The translations under genes were made by a program, and so were the position numbers. From an uncultured Gemmatimonadales bacterium (lineage in GTDB: Bacteria; Gemmatimonadota; Gemmatimonadetes; Gemmatimonadales; GWC2-71-9), in assembly GCA_963695185.1 (NCBI GenBank), contig CAVOGH010000002.1, positions 193,216 through 257,215 of the forward strand: a DNA stretch of 64,000 nt, in the 5' to 3' direction. Shown piece after piece: positions 54,281 to 62,763 of this stretch; position 1 is the first letter of the stretch; the number at the start of each line of letters is the position of its first letter. The notes beneath the pieces were generated by a model that was given only the letters and a program-made list of their open reading frames with translations, was not told where the DNA came from and made no database searches.

Positions 54281-54748
54281 ATGAGAGCAGCCCCCCGCTC
54301 CCGGCTCCTCCGGCACGCCACCCTCGCGCTGCTGCCGCTGTGGGCCGGATGCTCCCGCGCGGCCCCGCAGGCCGCAGCCGACGGCGCCGTGCCGGTGACG
54401 CCCGTGGTCGCGGCGCAGCCCTATCACGCGGAGCCCACGGACACGGTCGAGGTGGCCGTCTACCGGGCGTGGCAGCAGTACATGCTGCAATGCGCCCGCT
54501 GCCACGGCGAAGAGGCCCAGGGATCGTCCTTCGGCCCGAGCCTGCTGCAGTCGCTCCGGCCGGACGGCACCCTCCCGACCCGGGAAGCGTTCCTGAACGT
54601 CCTGATCAACGGAAGGCCGGAGAAAGGCATGCCGGCAGCCACCGGACTGGGTGTTGATCCGGCGCACTTCGAGGGGCTGTACCAGTATCTCAAGGGCCGC
54701 AGCGACGGCCGGCTCCTGGGCGGGCGCCCGGCCCAGCGAGAGGGGTAG
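54281..54748 (+). CDS. Mono-haem c-type cytochrome (lipoprotein/secreted)
   Basis: Signal LALLPLWAGC, haem-binding CARCHG and a distal GMPA. Start chosen at MRAAPRS. Confidence 0.7.
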   Translation: MRAAPRSRLLRHATLALLPLWAGCSRAAPQAAADGAVPVTPVVAAQPYHAEPTDTVEVAVYRAWQQYMLQCARCHGEEAQGSSFGPSLLQSLRPDGTLPTREAFLNVLINGRPEKGMPAATGLGVDPAHFEGLYQYLKGRSDGRLLGGRPAQREG

Positions 54749-54942
54749 CGGCCCGCCTCACCGCCACGGCATGGACGGCCGAGTCGAACGCATCGGCCAG
54801 CCGGGTCTGGAGCTCGGTGCGGGTGATCTGGAGATTCGAGCCTACGGTGCCGCCCCTGATCGCCGCTCGCAGCGTGGGGATGCGCAGGTCCCGGCCGGCT
54901 TCTCAGCTCATCCCTGCGTCTGGACTGCACCCCTTCACGACA

Positions 54943-54952
54943 TAGGTTACCT
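54943..54952 (+). promoter_or_regulatory. TAGGTTACCT motif, 6 nt upstream of the ATG at 54959
   Basis: Exact copy of 50149-50158 with the same spacing to an ATG. Confidence 0.4.
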
Positions 54953-54958
54953 GCACCC

Positions 54959-55024
54959 ATGCGCACCGCCCCGCGGGATCGACCCGGCGGGGCCGGTCGA
55001 GGGGGCTCGCACCGACCAGGATGA
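54959..55024 (+). CDS. Speculative 21-codon upstream ORF (MRTAPRDRPGGAGRGGSHRPG) whose TGA overlaps the dioxygenase ATG
   Basis: The ATG sits exactly where the kinase ATG sits relative to the shared motif. The stop forms ATGA with the start at 55021. No homology evidence. Confidence 0.2.
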   Translation: MRTAPRDRPGGAGRGGSHRPG

Positions 55025-55974
55025 ACCCGATGGACAAGCCGATCCGCGGTCTTCACCACGTCACCGCAACGGTGGGCGAAGCCCAGCCGGACCTCGACTT
55101 CTATGCCGGCCTGCTGGGCCAGCGGCTGGTCAAGCAGACGGTCAATTTCGACAACCACCACGTCTATCACTTCTATTACGGGAACGAGGCAGGCACACCG
55201 GGGACGATCATGACCACCTTCCCCTACCAGGAGATTGGCGTCCGGGTGGGGACTCACGGCGCGGGCCAGATCACCGTCACTTCCTTCTCCGTGCCGGGCG
55301 GCTCGCTGGGATTCTGGCGGGACCGGCTGGCCGGCGCCGGCATCACGGCACGCGACGAAATGACTCCCTTCGGCGAGTCGGCGCTCCGCTTCAGCGACCC
55401 CTCCGGACTCACCATCCGGCTGGTGGAGAACCTCGCCGACGGGCGGGAGCCCTGGCGCCGCCCGGACATCGACGCCATGAACGCCATCCGGGGCATCCAC
55501 GGCGTCACACTGCTGGTGCGGGAACCGGCGAAGACGATTGCCTTCGTCCGGGAGCTGATGGAGACCGTCGTCGTGGGCGAGACCGCCGCCGCCACCCGGC
55601 TGGCCGTCAACGGCGAGACCCCCGGCCGGCTGATCGAACTGGTACAGGCCGGTGACGCCCCCCAGGCCGTCAACGGGCTCGGCACGGTGCACCACGTAGC
55701 CTTCGCGGTGGACGATCCCGAGCAGCAGCTCGAACTCCGCCGGGAGCTGATCCGCCGGGGCATCCAGGTCACCGAGGTGATGGACCGCCAGTACTTCCGC
55801 TCCATTTACTTCCGCGAACCCAACGGGGTGCTGTTCGAGGTGGCCACGGTGCCGCCCGGCTTCACCGCCGACGAACCGCTCGGCAAACTCGGCAGCTCAC
55901 TCAAGCTGCCGCCGTGGGAGGAGCCGAACCGGACCGCCATCGAGGCCGGCCTTCCCAGGGTGACACCCCCATGA
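55021..55974 (+). CDS. VOC-family ring-cleaving dioxygenase (glyoxalase/bleomycin-resistance fold, two modules)
   Basis: IRGLHHVTATVG...DFYAGLLGQRLVKQTVNFD...YHFYYGN and a second module GIHGVTLLV...VHHVAFAV...YFRSIYFREPNGVLFE. Confidence 0.85.
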   Translation: MNPMDKPIRGLHHVTATVGEAQPDLDFYAGLLGQRLVKQTVNFDNHHVYHFYYGNEAGTPGTIMTTFPYQEIGVRVGTHGAGQITVTSFSVPGGSLGFWRDRLAGAGITARDEMTPFGESALRFSDPSGLTIRLVENLADGREPWRRPDIDAMNAIRGIHGVTLLVREPAKTIAFVRELMETVVVGETAAATRLAVNGETPGRLIELVQAGDAPQAVNGLGTVHHVAFAVDDPEQQLELRRELIRRGIQVTEVMDRQYFRSIYFREPNGVLFEVATVPPGFTADEPLGKLGSSLKLPPWEEPNRTAIEAGLPRVTPP

Positions 55975-56618
55975 CCCCTGCACTCGCGCCCCACGCCGGC
56001 CAGCCGGTGCTCCTGGCCGGCGCATCGCTGGCAGAAGCCCGCCTGGCCGTGATCCTGATCCACGGCCGGGGGGCCGGGCCCCGAAACATCATGGACCTGG
56101 CGCCGTCTATTGATCACCCCGACGCGGCTTACCTGGCTCCAGCCGCCCAGGGCGGCACCTGGTACCCCCAGACCTTCATGGCGCCCATGGCGCAGAATGA
56201 ACCCGGCATCAGCTCCGGCATCTCGGTGATCCACGGATTGATGGACGAGGTCATCGCCGCGGGGATTCCCGCGGAGCGGATCGTGCTGCTGGGCTTCTCA
56301 CAGGGCGCCTGCCTGGCCTCGACCGCGGCGCACCGGCGGCCCATGCGTTACGGCGGGGTGATCGCCTTCTCCGGCGGGCTCATCGGCCCGCCGGAAACCA
56401 GGTGGGACGAGACCGGTGACTTCCGCGCCACGCCGGTGTTTCTGGGTTGCAGCGACCAGGATGCCCACGTCCCGGCCTCGCGGGTACGGGAAAGTGAGGC
56501 GGTGTTCCGCCGGATGAAGGCCGAGGTCACCGCCCGGATCTACCCCGGCATGGGACACCTCGTGAACGAAGACGAGATCCGGTTTGCGAAGGAGTTGATG
56601 GGGCGGTTGGGCGGTTAG
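55971..56618 (+). CDS. Alpha/beta hydrolase (phospholipase/carboxylesterase type)
   Basis: LIHGRGAG, nucleophile elbow GFSQGA, and GCSDQDAHVP...GMGHLV. ATGA overlap with the dioxygenase. The C-terminus GRLGG* is encoded by the octamer array. Confidence 0.8.
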   Translation: MTPALAPHAGQPVLLAGASLAEARLAVILIHGRGAGPRNIMDLAPSIDHPDAAYLAPAAQGGTWYPQTFMAPMAQNEPGISSGISVIHGLMDEVIAAGIPAERIVLLGFSQGACLASTAAHRRPMRYGGVIAFSGGLIGPPETRWDETGDFRATPVFLGCSDQDAHVPASRVRESEAVFRRMKAEVTARIYPGMGHLVNEDEIRFAKELMGRLGG

Positions 56619-56630
56619 GCGATTGGCGAC
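56601..56630 (+). repeat. 8-bp tandem repeat (GGGCGGTT x2, AGGCGATT, GGCGAC) overlapping the hydrolase stop codon
   Basis: Direct reading. TAG at 56616-56618 lies inside the array. Confidence 0.85.
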
Positions 56631-56645
56631 TCACACGGGCGGAAG

Positions 56646-57923
56646 GTGATCCTGACCATGGCGAAGCTGCTCGTGCTGTTCGTCACCGCCTTCGTGGACA
56701 TGGTGGGGCTCACCATGATCGTCCCACTGCTGCCCTACTACGCCACCGACTTCGGAGCCAGCGCCACCATGGTGGGGCTGCTCATCTCCGCGTTCTCCAT
56801 TGCCCAGCTGGCGGTGGCGCCGAGCTGGGGCCGCTTCTCCGACGGGTACGGTCGCCGCCCGGCGATCCTCGCCGGCCTGCTGCTCACTGCCGCGGCGTAC
56901 GTGCTGTTCGCCTTTGCCGGGTCCATCACGGCGCTGCTGGTCTCCCGGCTGATCCAGGGCGCCGGCGGTGGTACCATCGGGGTGGTGCAGGCGTACGTGG
57001 CCGACGCCTCGGCCCCCAAGGAGCGCACCAAGAGTCTGGGCTGGCTCTCGGTGGTGACCAGCTTCGGCGCCGTGGCCGGTCCCGCCTTCGGCTCGGCGAT
57101 GATCAGCATCGGCGGCCGCCGGGCGCCCGGCATCGGGGCAGCGATCCTCAGCCTGCTCGTGGCCGTCTTCGCCTGGCGCTTTCTGAGGGAGTCGCGCGAG
57201 CTGCGCCACTCCGCCAGCCACAGCATCCCGCCCTCCACTACCGGCCGGGCGGCGATCCTCCGGGTGATGACCCACTGGCGGGAGCCGGCGAGCCGGCTGA
57301 TCTGGATCTACACCATCGCCATCGGCGCCTTCTACGGGACCATCCAGACGGCGCCGCTCCTGCTCTCGAACCGCTTCGGCGTGACCGAGCAGAACGTCGG
57401 CTACTTCGTGATGTATCTGGGCGGGATGGGGGTGGTGGTCCGTTCCCTGGTCCTGGGCCGGATGGTGGACCGGCTGGGTGAAGCCCGGCTGTCCCGACTG
57501 GGAGTGATTCTCCTGGCGCTCGGGCTTGCCGTCACGGGGCTGGCGACCGGCTACCCCGCGCTGGCCGTGGGATTCACCCTCATGCCGATCGGGACGGCGT
57601 TCCTCTTTCCCTGCGTGACGGGCCTGCTCTCCGGGGTGGTGCCCTCCAACGAGCGGGGACTCTACATGGGGGTGCAGCACACCTTCGGCGGGGTATCGCG
57701 GGTGGCAGTGCCGATCGCGGCGGGTTTTCTGATGGATCACGCCGGCATCGGAGTGCCGTTCTGGCTCTCCGGGCTGCTGGTACTGGGGACGCTGCCGCTC
57801 ACCGCCGCCCTGCTCCGACACCCGACGGAGCGGACCATGACGCCGGTCCCCGGTGCCGCCGTGGAGGAGATCACCGGCCAGTTCCCGGTGCCGGCACCGG
57901 AGCCGGGCGGGAAGTCAGGGTAG
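56646..57923 (+). CDS. MFS transporter
   Basis: Motif A-like GRFSDGYGRRP and 12 predicted TM segments. An alternative ATG start is at 56658. Confidence 0.85.
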   Translation: MILTMAKLLVLFVTAFVDMVGLTMIVPLLPYYATDFGASATMVGLLISAFSIAQLAVAPSWGRFSDGYGRRPAILAGLLLTAAAYVLFAFAGSITALLVSRLIQGAGGGTIGVVQAYVADASAPKERTKSLGWLSVVTSFGAVAGPAFGSAMISIGGRRAPGIGAAILSLLVAVFAWRFLRESRELRHSASHSIPPSTTGRAAILRVMTHWREPASRLIWIYTIAIGAFYGTIQTAPLLLSNRFGVTEQNVGYFVMYLGGMGVVVRSLVLGRMVDRLGEARLSRLGVILLALGLAVTGLATGYPALAVGFTLMPIGTAFLFPCVTGLLSGVVPSNERGLYMGVQHTFGGVSRVAVPIAAGFLMDHAGIGVPFWLSGLLVLGTLPLTAALLRHPTERTMTPVPGAAVEEITGQFPVPAPEPGGKSG

Positions 57924-57987
57924 CCGGGCACGGCGAGGCAGGTCGGCGAGCCGGAAGCGATCTCCACGGCGTTGCTTTCCAACACAA

Positions 57988-58009
57988 ACGGCCCCGCTCC
58001 GGGGGCCGT
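57988..58009 (+). terminator. GC-rich hairpin ACGGCCCC-N6-GGGGCCGT downstream of the MFS gene (candidate intrinsic terminator, weak T-tract)
   Basis: Perfect 8-bp stem read directly, followed by TTCGTG. Confidence 0.35.
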
Positions 58010-58378
58010 TCGTGGGCTGGCGTCCTGTCGTTGCTGCGCCTCAGTGGCGCCATCACCCGTGCACACCGCACGAGCCTGGCCGGGGGTTCGCTGGGCAGGA
58101 GGTCCGTTAGCGCCGGGCGGCGCTCCCAGCGAACGCTGCGCATTACCCCGCAACCAGCACCGGCACTGCACCGGGACCGCGATCATCCAGGGAGATTTTC
58201 GTTCAGTCCGGCGAAAGAGTAGAAGGCAAGCGGTGTGCCGACAGGGGGCAGCCAGTCAAGCCGTTGTGAATGAGGCGGATGCCGAAATGCGACGTGGAAA
58301 AGTGTCTCGGTTCTGGGACGAAGGTGTGGTCCGGGATCAACGGCGCGCGCCGGTGTGGCAGCCAGATCGCATCGGCTG

Positions 58379-60160
58379 TCACCTGGCCCGCAGGACGTGG
58401 GTCGCCTGCAGGCTCCCACCGATCAGCCGCACGACCAGGCGCGACTCCGCCCTGGCCTTGAGTGGAGTCCAACCGATGGCGGCCCGGCCCGTCGAATCGC
58501 TCCGGACCCGGCTCTCGGCCAGCCGACCGCCCACGGCGGTCACGGCCAGGTAGACACCCGGCACCGGGTTGCCGTGGGCATCCAGTACCGTTGCCTGCAG
58601 CCGTTGCTGGGTGGATCCGGTCTTGCCGGGGAGATCCCGGATGCTGATCCGGGCCGGCGGGGCCGCCTGGGCGGAGGCATGGACCCGAAGGACGCTGTCG
58701 ACCGCCGCGATCCGGACCCGCAGTACCTGCTCTCCCGCTGCCGTCCCCAGGGTCCAGCGGAGCGCCGCCCGACCCCGCGCATCGGTGACAGCCGGCACTG
58801 CGCCGCCGCCGCCCTTGTCCGGCGCAGGGGTGACCGTCACGCCCGGCACCGGGTTACCGCGACCGTCCCGGACCACGACAGTGACCGGCTTGCCCAGGGG
58901 TTTTCCGACCGTACCGCGCTGCTGGTCGCCCCCGTCGAGGCCGATCGCGACCCCAGCGCCGGCCAGCGCCACTCCAACGATGCTGAGTGGCGCAATGGTG
59001 CGGGGGTTCCCCACCTGGGCGAGCAGCCGCTGCCGGCCGGCGCGAGGGCCGAAAGTCCATTCGGCGGAGGCCAGACCCAGCGAGTCGGTACGCGCCTGGC
59101 CCGCCACCGCCCCGCCGTCCAGCGCGCTCCAGCGCACCGGCAGCCCGTCCAGCGCCACGCCCGCGGAGTCAGTGAGCCGGATGCGGATCGGGCTCGCGCC
59201 CGCCGCACCGGCGGTGCCGGTGGTGTCGCCGCCAAGCAGCTCCATCCGGAGGTTGCCGGCAACGGGGTCGGCGTCGGCCCCGATGCGGAGCACGCTGTCG
59301 ATCCCCGCCACCCTGGCGGAGAGCTGCTGCAGCCCCGCCCGCTGACCCAGGCTCCAGCTCACCGTGACTCGCCCATCACGGTCGGTGACGGCGCTATCGT
59401 GGTCCACCCCGCCTTCGCCTTCCGGCAGGCTGAAATGGACGACAGTCCCGGGGACCGGCTGCCCCTGGCCGGCGTGGGCGCGCAGCACGATCGGTTCCGG
59501 CAGCCGGTGCCCGGCGGGCATGCGCTGGCCGGTGCCGGCGACCAGCGTAAGCCCGGTCGGGGCGAGATCAACCCGCACGCTCAGCTCCGCCTGCCCTTCA
59601 CCCGACCTGGCACGCAGCCGCGCAGTCCCGGCCCCTATGCCGATGGCGGTTCCAAGAGAGTCCACCCGGACCAGGGTGGAGTCGGCGCTCTGCCAGCGGG
59701 GGGCCACGCCGATCCGATGGCCGCGTGAGTCCAGGGCCACGGCGGCAAGTTGCAGGGTATCGCCCTGGCGGATCCGAAGGGCGCTGTCCCCCGGGATGAT
59801 GACCCGCACCGGGCGGGGGATGACCGTCACCACCGCGGCGGCGGAGCGCTCGCGCACCCGGGCGGTGACGGTGGTGCGGCCCGGCCCGCGGGCCACGACC
59901 GCGCCAGAGGAGTCCACCGCCACGACGGCGGTATCCTGGCTCTCCCAGCGGAGCCGGGCCCCGTACAGCACCGCGCCCAGACGATCGGTGACGGTGGCCG
60001 CCAGCAGGGTGGTGTCGCCGACGGCAAAGAGGGAGTCGGTACGCGGAGTGACCAGCAATCGCTGGGCGGCGTGATCGGCAAAGCTGAGCCTGGTACCGCC
60101 CAGCCAGTCGGTGATCCCCAGGTTCCGGGCGTTGAGCAGCACGGTGAGCAGTGCGGCCAC
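58379..60160 (-). CDS. Large surface/secreted protein with Big_2-type and invasin-like Ig-fold repeats; N-terminus uncertain
   Basis: Repeated ~90-aa modules (...[15 protein letters not shown]...[31 protein letters not shown]...; ...[15 protein letters not shown]...; ...[15 protein letters not shown]...; ...[12 protein letters not shown]). Confidence 0.7.
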   Translation of the reverse strand: MAALLTVLLNARNLGITDWLGGTRLSFADHAAQRLLVTPRTDSLFAVGDTTLLAATVTDRLGAVLYGARLRWESQDTAVVAVDSSGAVVARGPGRTTVTARVRERSAAAVVTVIPRPVRVIIPGDSALRIRQGDTLQLAAVALDSRGHRIGVAPRWQSADSTLVRVDSLGTAIGIGAGTARLRARSGEGQAELSVRVDLAPTGLTLVAGTGQRMPAGHRLPEPIVLRAHAGQGQPVPGTVVHFSLPEGEGGVDHDSAVTDRDGRVTVSWSLGQRAGLQQLSARVAGIDSVLRIGADADPVAGNLRMELLGGDTTGTAGAAGASPIRIRLTDSAGVALDGLPVRWSALDGGAVAGQARTDSLGLASAEWTFGPRAGRQRLLAQVGNPRTIAPLSIVGVALAGAGVAIGLDGGDQQRGTVGKPLGKPVTVVVRDGRGNPVPGVTVTPAPDKGGGGAVPAVTDARGRAALRWTLGTAAGEQVLRVRIAAVDSVLRVHASAQAAPPARISIRDLPGKTGSTQQRLQATVLDAHGNPVPGVYLAVTAVGGRLAESRVRSDSTGRAAIGWTPLKARAESRLVVRLIGGSLQATHVLRAR

Positions 60161-60550
60161 CGTGGTGAACGTCCAGGTGAGACTCTTGCCCGCGCCCGAG
60201 AGGACGCGGGTGGTGGGCGCTGGGGCGGAGGCCGGGGAGCGGCTCGTTTCATTGGTCCTGGATCTCGGGAGGGGACCCTCTCTATGTACACCGGGAGCCT
60301 GCGCGCCTCTGTGGGACGGAGCACACTCGCCGCCCTGGTGGTCCAGGACACATTGTGGAAGGGAGGCGGGTCACCCTGCCAAATGGGCGCCAGAGCTGCC
60401 CCAGGGGTGGCGCCAGCCGGCGGAATCGCTCCCAATGAGGGCCACCCGATTTCGCGGCCCGTGGTGTGGAGCCATTACAGCGGCCTTCATGTTGTCCTCA
60501 CGCCCGCCCGCTTGATTACCATGGACCCCCATCCTCTCCGAGGTGTCCGC

Positions 60551-62113
60551 ATGACGACCACCACCAGCAAGCCCAAACCCACCCAGAATGCGACGCTGCC
60601 CGGCGCCGCGGCCGGGTTCAAGAACCAGCTCCCCATCCGGGCCCGTTACGACAACTGGATCGGCGGCGAGTACGTCGCCCCGGCCAAGGGACGGTACTTC
60701 GACAACCCGACGCCGATCACCGGGCAGAAGCTGTGTGAAGTGGCCCGCTCCACCCACGAGGACGTGGACAAGGCGCTCGACGCCGCCCACGCCGCGGCCC
60801 TCAGCTGGGGCATCTCCTCACCCGCCTATCGGGCGAACATTCTCAATCGCATCGCCGACCGGCTGGAACAGAACCTGGAGGCGATCGCCCTGGTCGAGAC
60901 GATCGACAACGGCAAGCCGATCCGCGAGACCGTCAACGCCGATCTGCCGCTGGCGGTGGATCACTTCCGCTACTTCGCGGGGGCACTGCGGGCCCAGGAG
61001 GGCGGCATCTCCGAGATCGACCACGACACCGTGGCCTACCACTTCCACGAGCCGCTCGGCGTCGTGGCGCAGATCATTCCGTGGAACTTCCCCCTGCTGA
61101 TGGCGGTCTGGAAGCTGGCGCCGGCGCTGGCCGCGGGGAACTGCATCGTGCTCAAGCCAGCCGAGCAGACCCCGGTGGCCATCATGGCGTTCATGGAGCT
61201 GGTGGCGGACATCCTGCCGAGCGGGGTGGTGAACGTGGTGCAGGGCTTCGGGGTGGAAGCGGGCAAGCCGCTGGCGTCCAGCCCGCGCATCGCCAAGGTG
61301 GCCTTTACCGGTGAGACCACCACCGGCCGGCTGATCATGCAGTACGCCGCCGAGAACCTGATCCCGGTGACCCTGGAGCTGGGCGGCAAGTCGCCCAACA
61401 TCTTCTTCGCTGACGTCATGGAGGCGGACGACGACTTCTTCGACAAGGCGCTCGAAGGGTTTACCATGTTCGCGCTCAACCAGGGCGAGGTCTGCACCTG
61501 TCCCTCGCGGGTCCTGGTGCAGGAGTCCATCTACGACCGGTTCATGGAGCGGGCGGTGGCGCGCACCAAGGCCATCGTCGAGGGCAACCCGCTCGACTCC
61601 AAGACCATGATCGGCGCGCAGGCCTCCAACGACCAGCTGGAGAAGATCCTGAGCTATATCGACATCGGGAAGAAGGAGGGAGCCAAGGTCCTGACCGGCG
61701 GCGCCCGCCGGGTGCACCCGGGTGAGCTCAAGGACGGCTACTACATCCAGCCCACCATCTTCGAAGGCCACAACCGGATGCGGATCTTCCAGGAGGAGAT
61801 CTTCGGGCCGGTGGTCTCGGTCACCAGGTTCAAGACCCAGGACGATGCCCTCGCCATCGCCAACGATACCCTCTACGGGCTGGGCGCCGGAGTGTGGAGC
61901 CGCGACGCCAACACCTGCTACCGGATGGGCCGGGCCATCAAGGCCGGCCGGGTGTGGACCAACTGCTACCACGCCTATCCGGCGCACGCGGCCTTTGGCG
62001 GGTTCAAGCAGTCCGGCATCGGGCGGGAGAACCACAAGATGATGCTGGACCACTATCAGCAGACCAAGAACCTGCTGGTCAGCTACTCCCCGAAGAAGCT
62101 CGGGTTCTTCTAG
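60551..62113 (+). CDS. NAD-dependent aldehyde dehydrogenase
   Basis: Start at [10 protein letters not shown]. Motifs [43 protein letters not shown]. The upstream part of ORF 59750..62113 is an antisense shadow of the Ig-like gene. Confidence 0.9.
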   Translation: MTTTTSKPKPTQNATLPGAAAGFKNQLPIRARYDNWIGGEYVAPAKGRYFDNPTPITGQKLCEVARSTHEDVDKALDAAHAAALSWGISSPAYRANILNRIADRLEQNLEAIALVETIDNGKPIRETVNADLPLAVDHFRYFAGALRAQEGGISEIDHDTVAYHFHEPLGVVAQIIPWNFPLLMAVWKLAPALAAGNCIVLKPAEQTPVAIMAFMELVADILPSGVVNVVQGFGVEAGKPLASSPRIAKVAFTGETTTGRLIMQYAAENLIPVTLELGGKSPNIFFADVMEADDDFFDKALEGFTMFALNQGEVCTCPSRVLVQESIYDRFMERAVARTKAIVEGNPLDSKTMIGAQASNDQLEKILSYIDIGKKEGAKVLTGGARRVHPGELKDGYYIQPTIFEGHNRMRIFQEEIFGPVVSVTRFKTQDDALAIANDTLYGLGAGVWSRDANTCYRMGRAIKAGRVWTNCYHAYPAHAAFGGFKQSGIGRENHKMMLDHYQQTKNLLVSYSPKKLGFF

Positions 62114-62116
62114 CCG

Positions 62117-62509
62117 ATGGCAGTGGCCCGGGTGGAGATCACGCCGGAAGCCACGACCGTGCTGCGCCAGCTGGCGGCGCAGCACGGTCCGCTGCTTTTT
62201 CACCAGTCGGGCGGCTGCTGCGACGGCAGCGCCCCGATGTGTTATCCCCGAAACGAGTTCCGCATCGGCTCCCGGGATGTGCTGCTGGGGGAGATTGACG
62301 GCACGCCCTTCTACATCGGCGCCGACCAGTACGAACTGTGGCGCCACACCCAGCTGCTCATTGACGTGGTCCCCGGGCGCGGCAGCGGCTTCTCGGTGGA
62401 AGCCCCGCTTGGCGTCCGTTTCCTCACCCGCTCCCGGGTGTTCGACCCGGAGGAGCAGCGGTGGCTCGACGCCTGCCCGCCCCATCGAGGGCCGGTGGCC
62501 GGCGCCTGA
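62117..62509 (+). CDS. DUF779 family protein (commonly paired with aldehyde dehydrogenase)
   Basis: LLFHQSGGCCDGSAPMCYP...GTPFYIGADQYELW. 3-nt gap after the dehydrogenase stop. Confidence 0.85.
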   Translation: MAVARVEITPEATTVLRQLAAQHGPLLFHQSGGCCDGSAPMCYPRNEFRIGSRDVLLGEIDGTPFYIGADQYELWRHTQLLIDVVPGRGSGFSVEAPLGVRFLTRSRVFDPEEQRWLDACPPHRGPVAGA

Positions 62510-62590
62510 GACCTCCAGACACCGACTCGTCAAGGAAACCTCCGCCGGGCCCCAGGGCGGCCCGACCGTGAGGCTTGCGGGGGGGTCGGC

Positions 62591-62684
62591 GGCTCCTGCG
62601 CGCGACTTGTCGGACACCTCGGCCGCAAGGGATTGGTGAGATCGCTTAGCGGCGTGGGCGTCCTCCTCGCTGCGCGCAGGAGCC
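62591..62684 (+). repeat. Structured intergenic element, copy B (core 62621-62654; perfect 13-bp closing stem 62591-62603/62672-62684)
   Basis: Core GGCCGCAAGGGATTGGTGAGATCGCTTAGCGGCG; arms GGCTCCTGCGCGC/GCGCGCAGGAGCC. Confidence 0.75.
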
Positions 62685-62704
62685 ACCGGCCCGCTTGGAC
62701 CAGC

Positions 62705-62720
62705 GAATCGCCCAATCGCC
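62705..62720 (-). repeat. Two octamer units (minus strand reads GGCGATTGGGCGATTC), 20 nt after element B
   Basis: Plus strand reads gaatcgcccaatcgcc. Confidence 0.8.
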
Positions 62721-62751
62721 GAGCCTACCTCACGCCCCCCGAGCGCGCACC

Positions 62752-62757
62752 TTACCT
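62752..62757 (+). promoter_or_regulatory. TTACCT at -12..-7 of the second kinase ATG (candidate leaderless -10 element)
   Basis: caccTTACCTttagtcATG; same spacing as at 50153-50158 and 54947-54952. Confidence 0.35.
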
Positions 62758-62763
62758 TTAGTC

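Noticed and set aside
54750-54900. A minus-strand frame with coding-like GC3 reading ...DLRIPTLRAAIRGGTVGSNLQITRTELQTRLADAFDSAVHAVAV....
   Set aside because: There is no ATG/GTG/TTG start after the upstream TGA and no family recognised, and the 3' part is antisense to the cytochrome c gene. It is possibly a remnant or a chance open frame.
58190-58340. A possible cobalamin or other riboswitch in the lower-GC intergenic segment.
   Set aside because: There is no B12-box or other riboswitch core that I could recognise, and no downstream gene in the right orientation. It is kept only as an unexplained region in the findings.
59750-60550. N-terminal 267 codons of ORF 59750..62113 (which would give a 787-aa aldehyde dehydrogenase), and similarly 25452..26174 ahead of the antiporter gene.
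   Set aside because: The extensions overlap the Ig-like gene and otsAB on the other strand and look like shadow-frame sequence. The dehydrogenase and antiporter homology begin at the internal ATGs (60551 and 26175).
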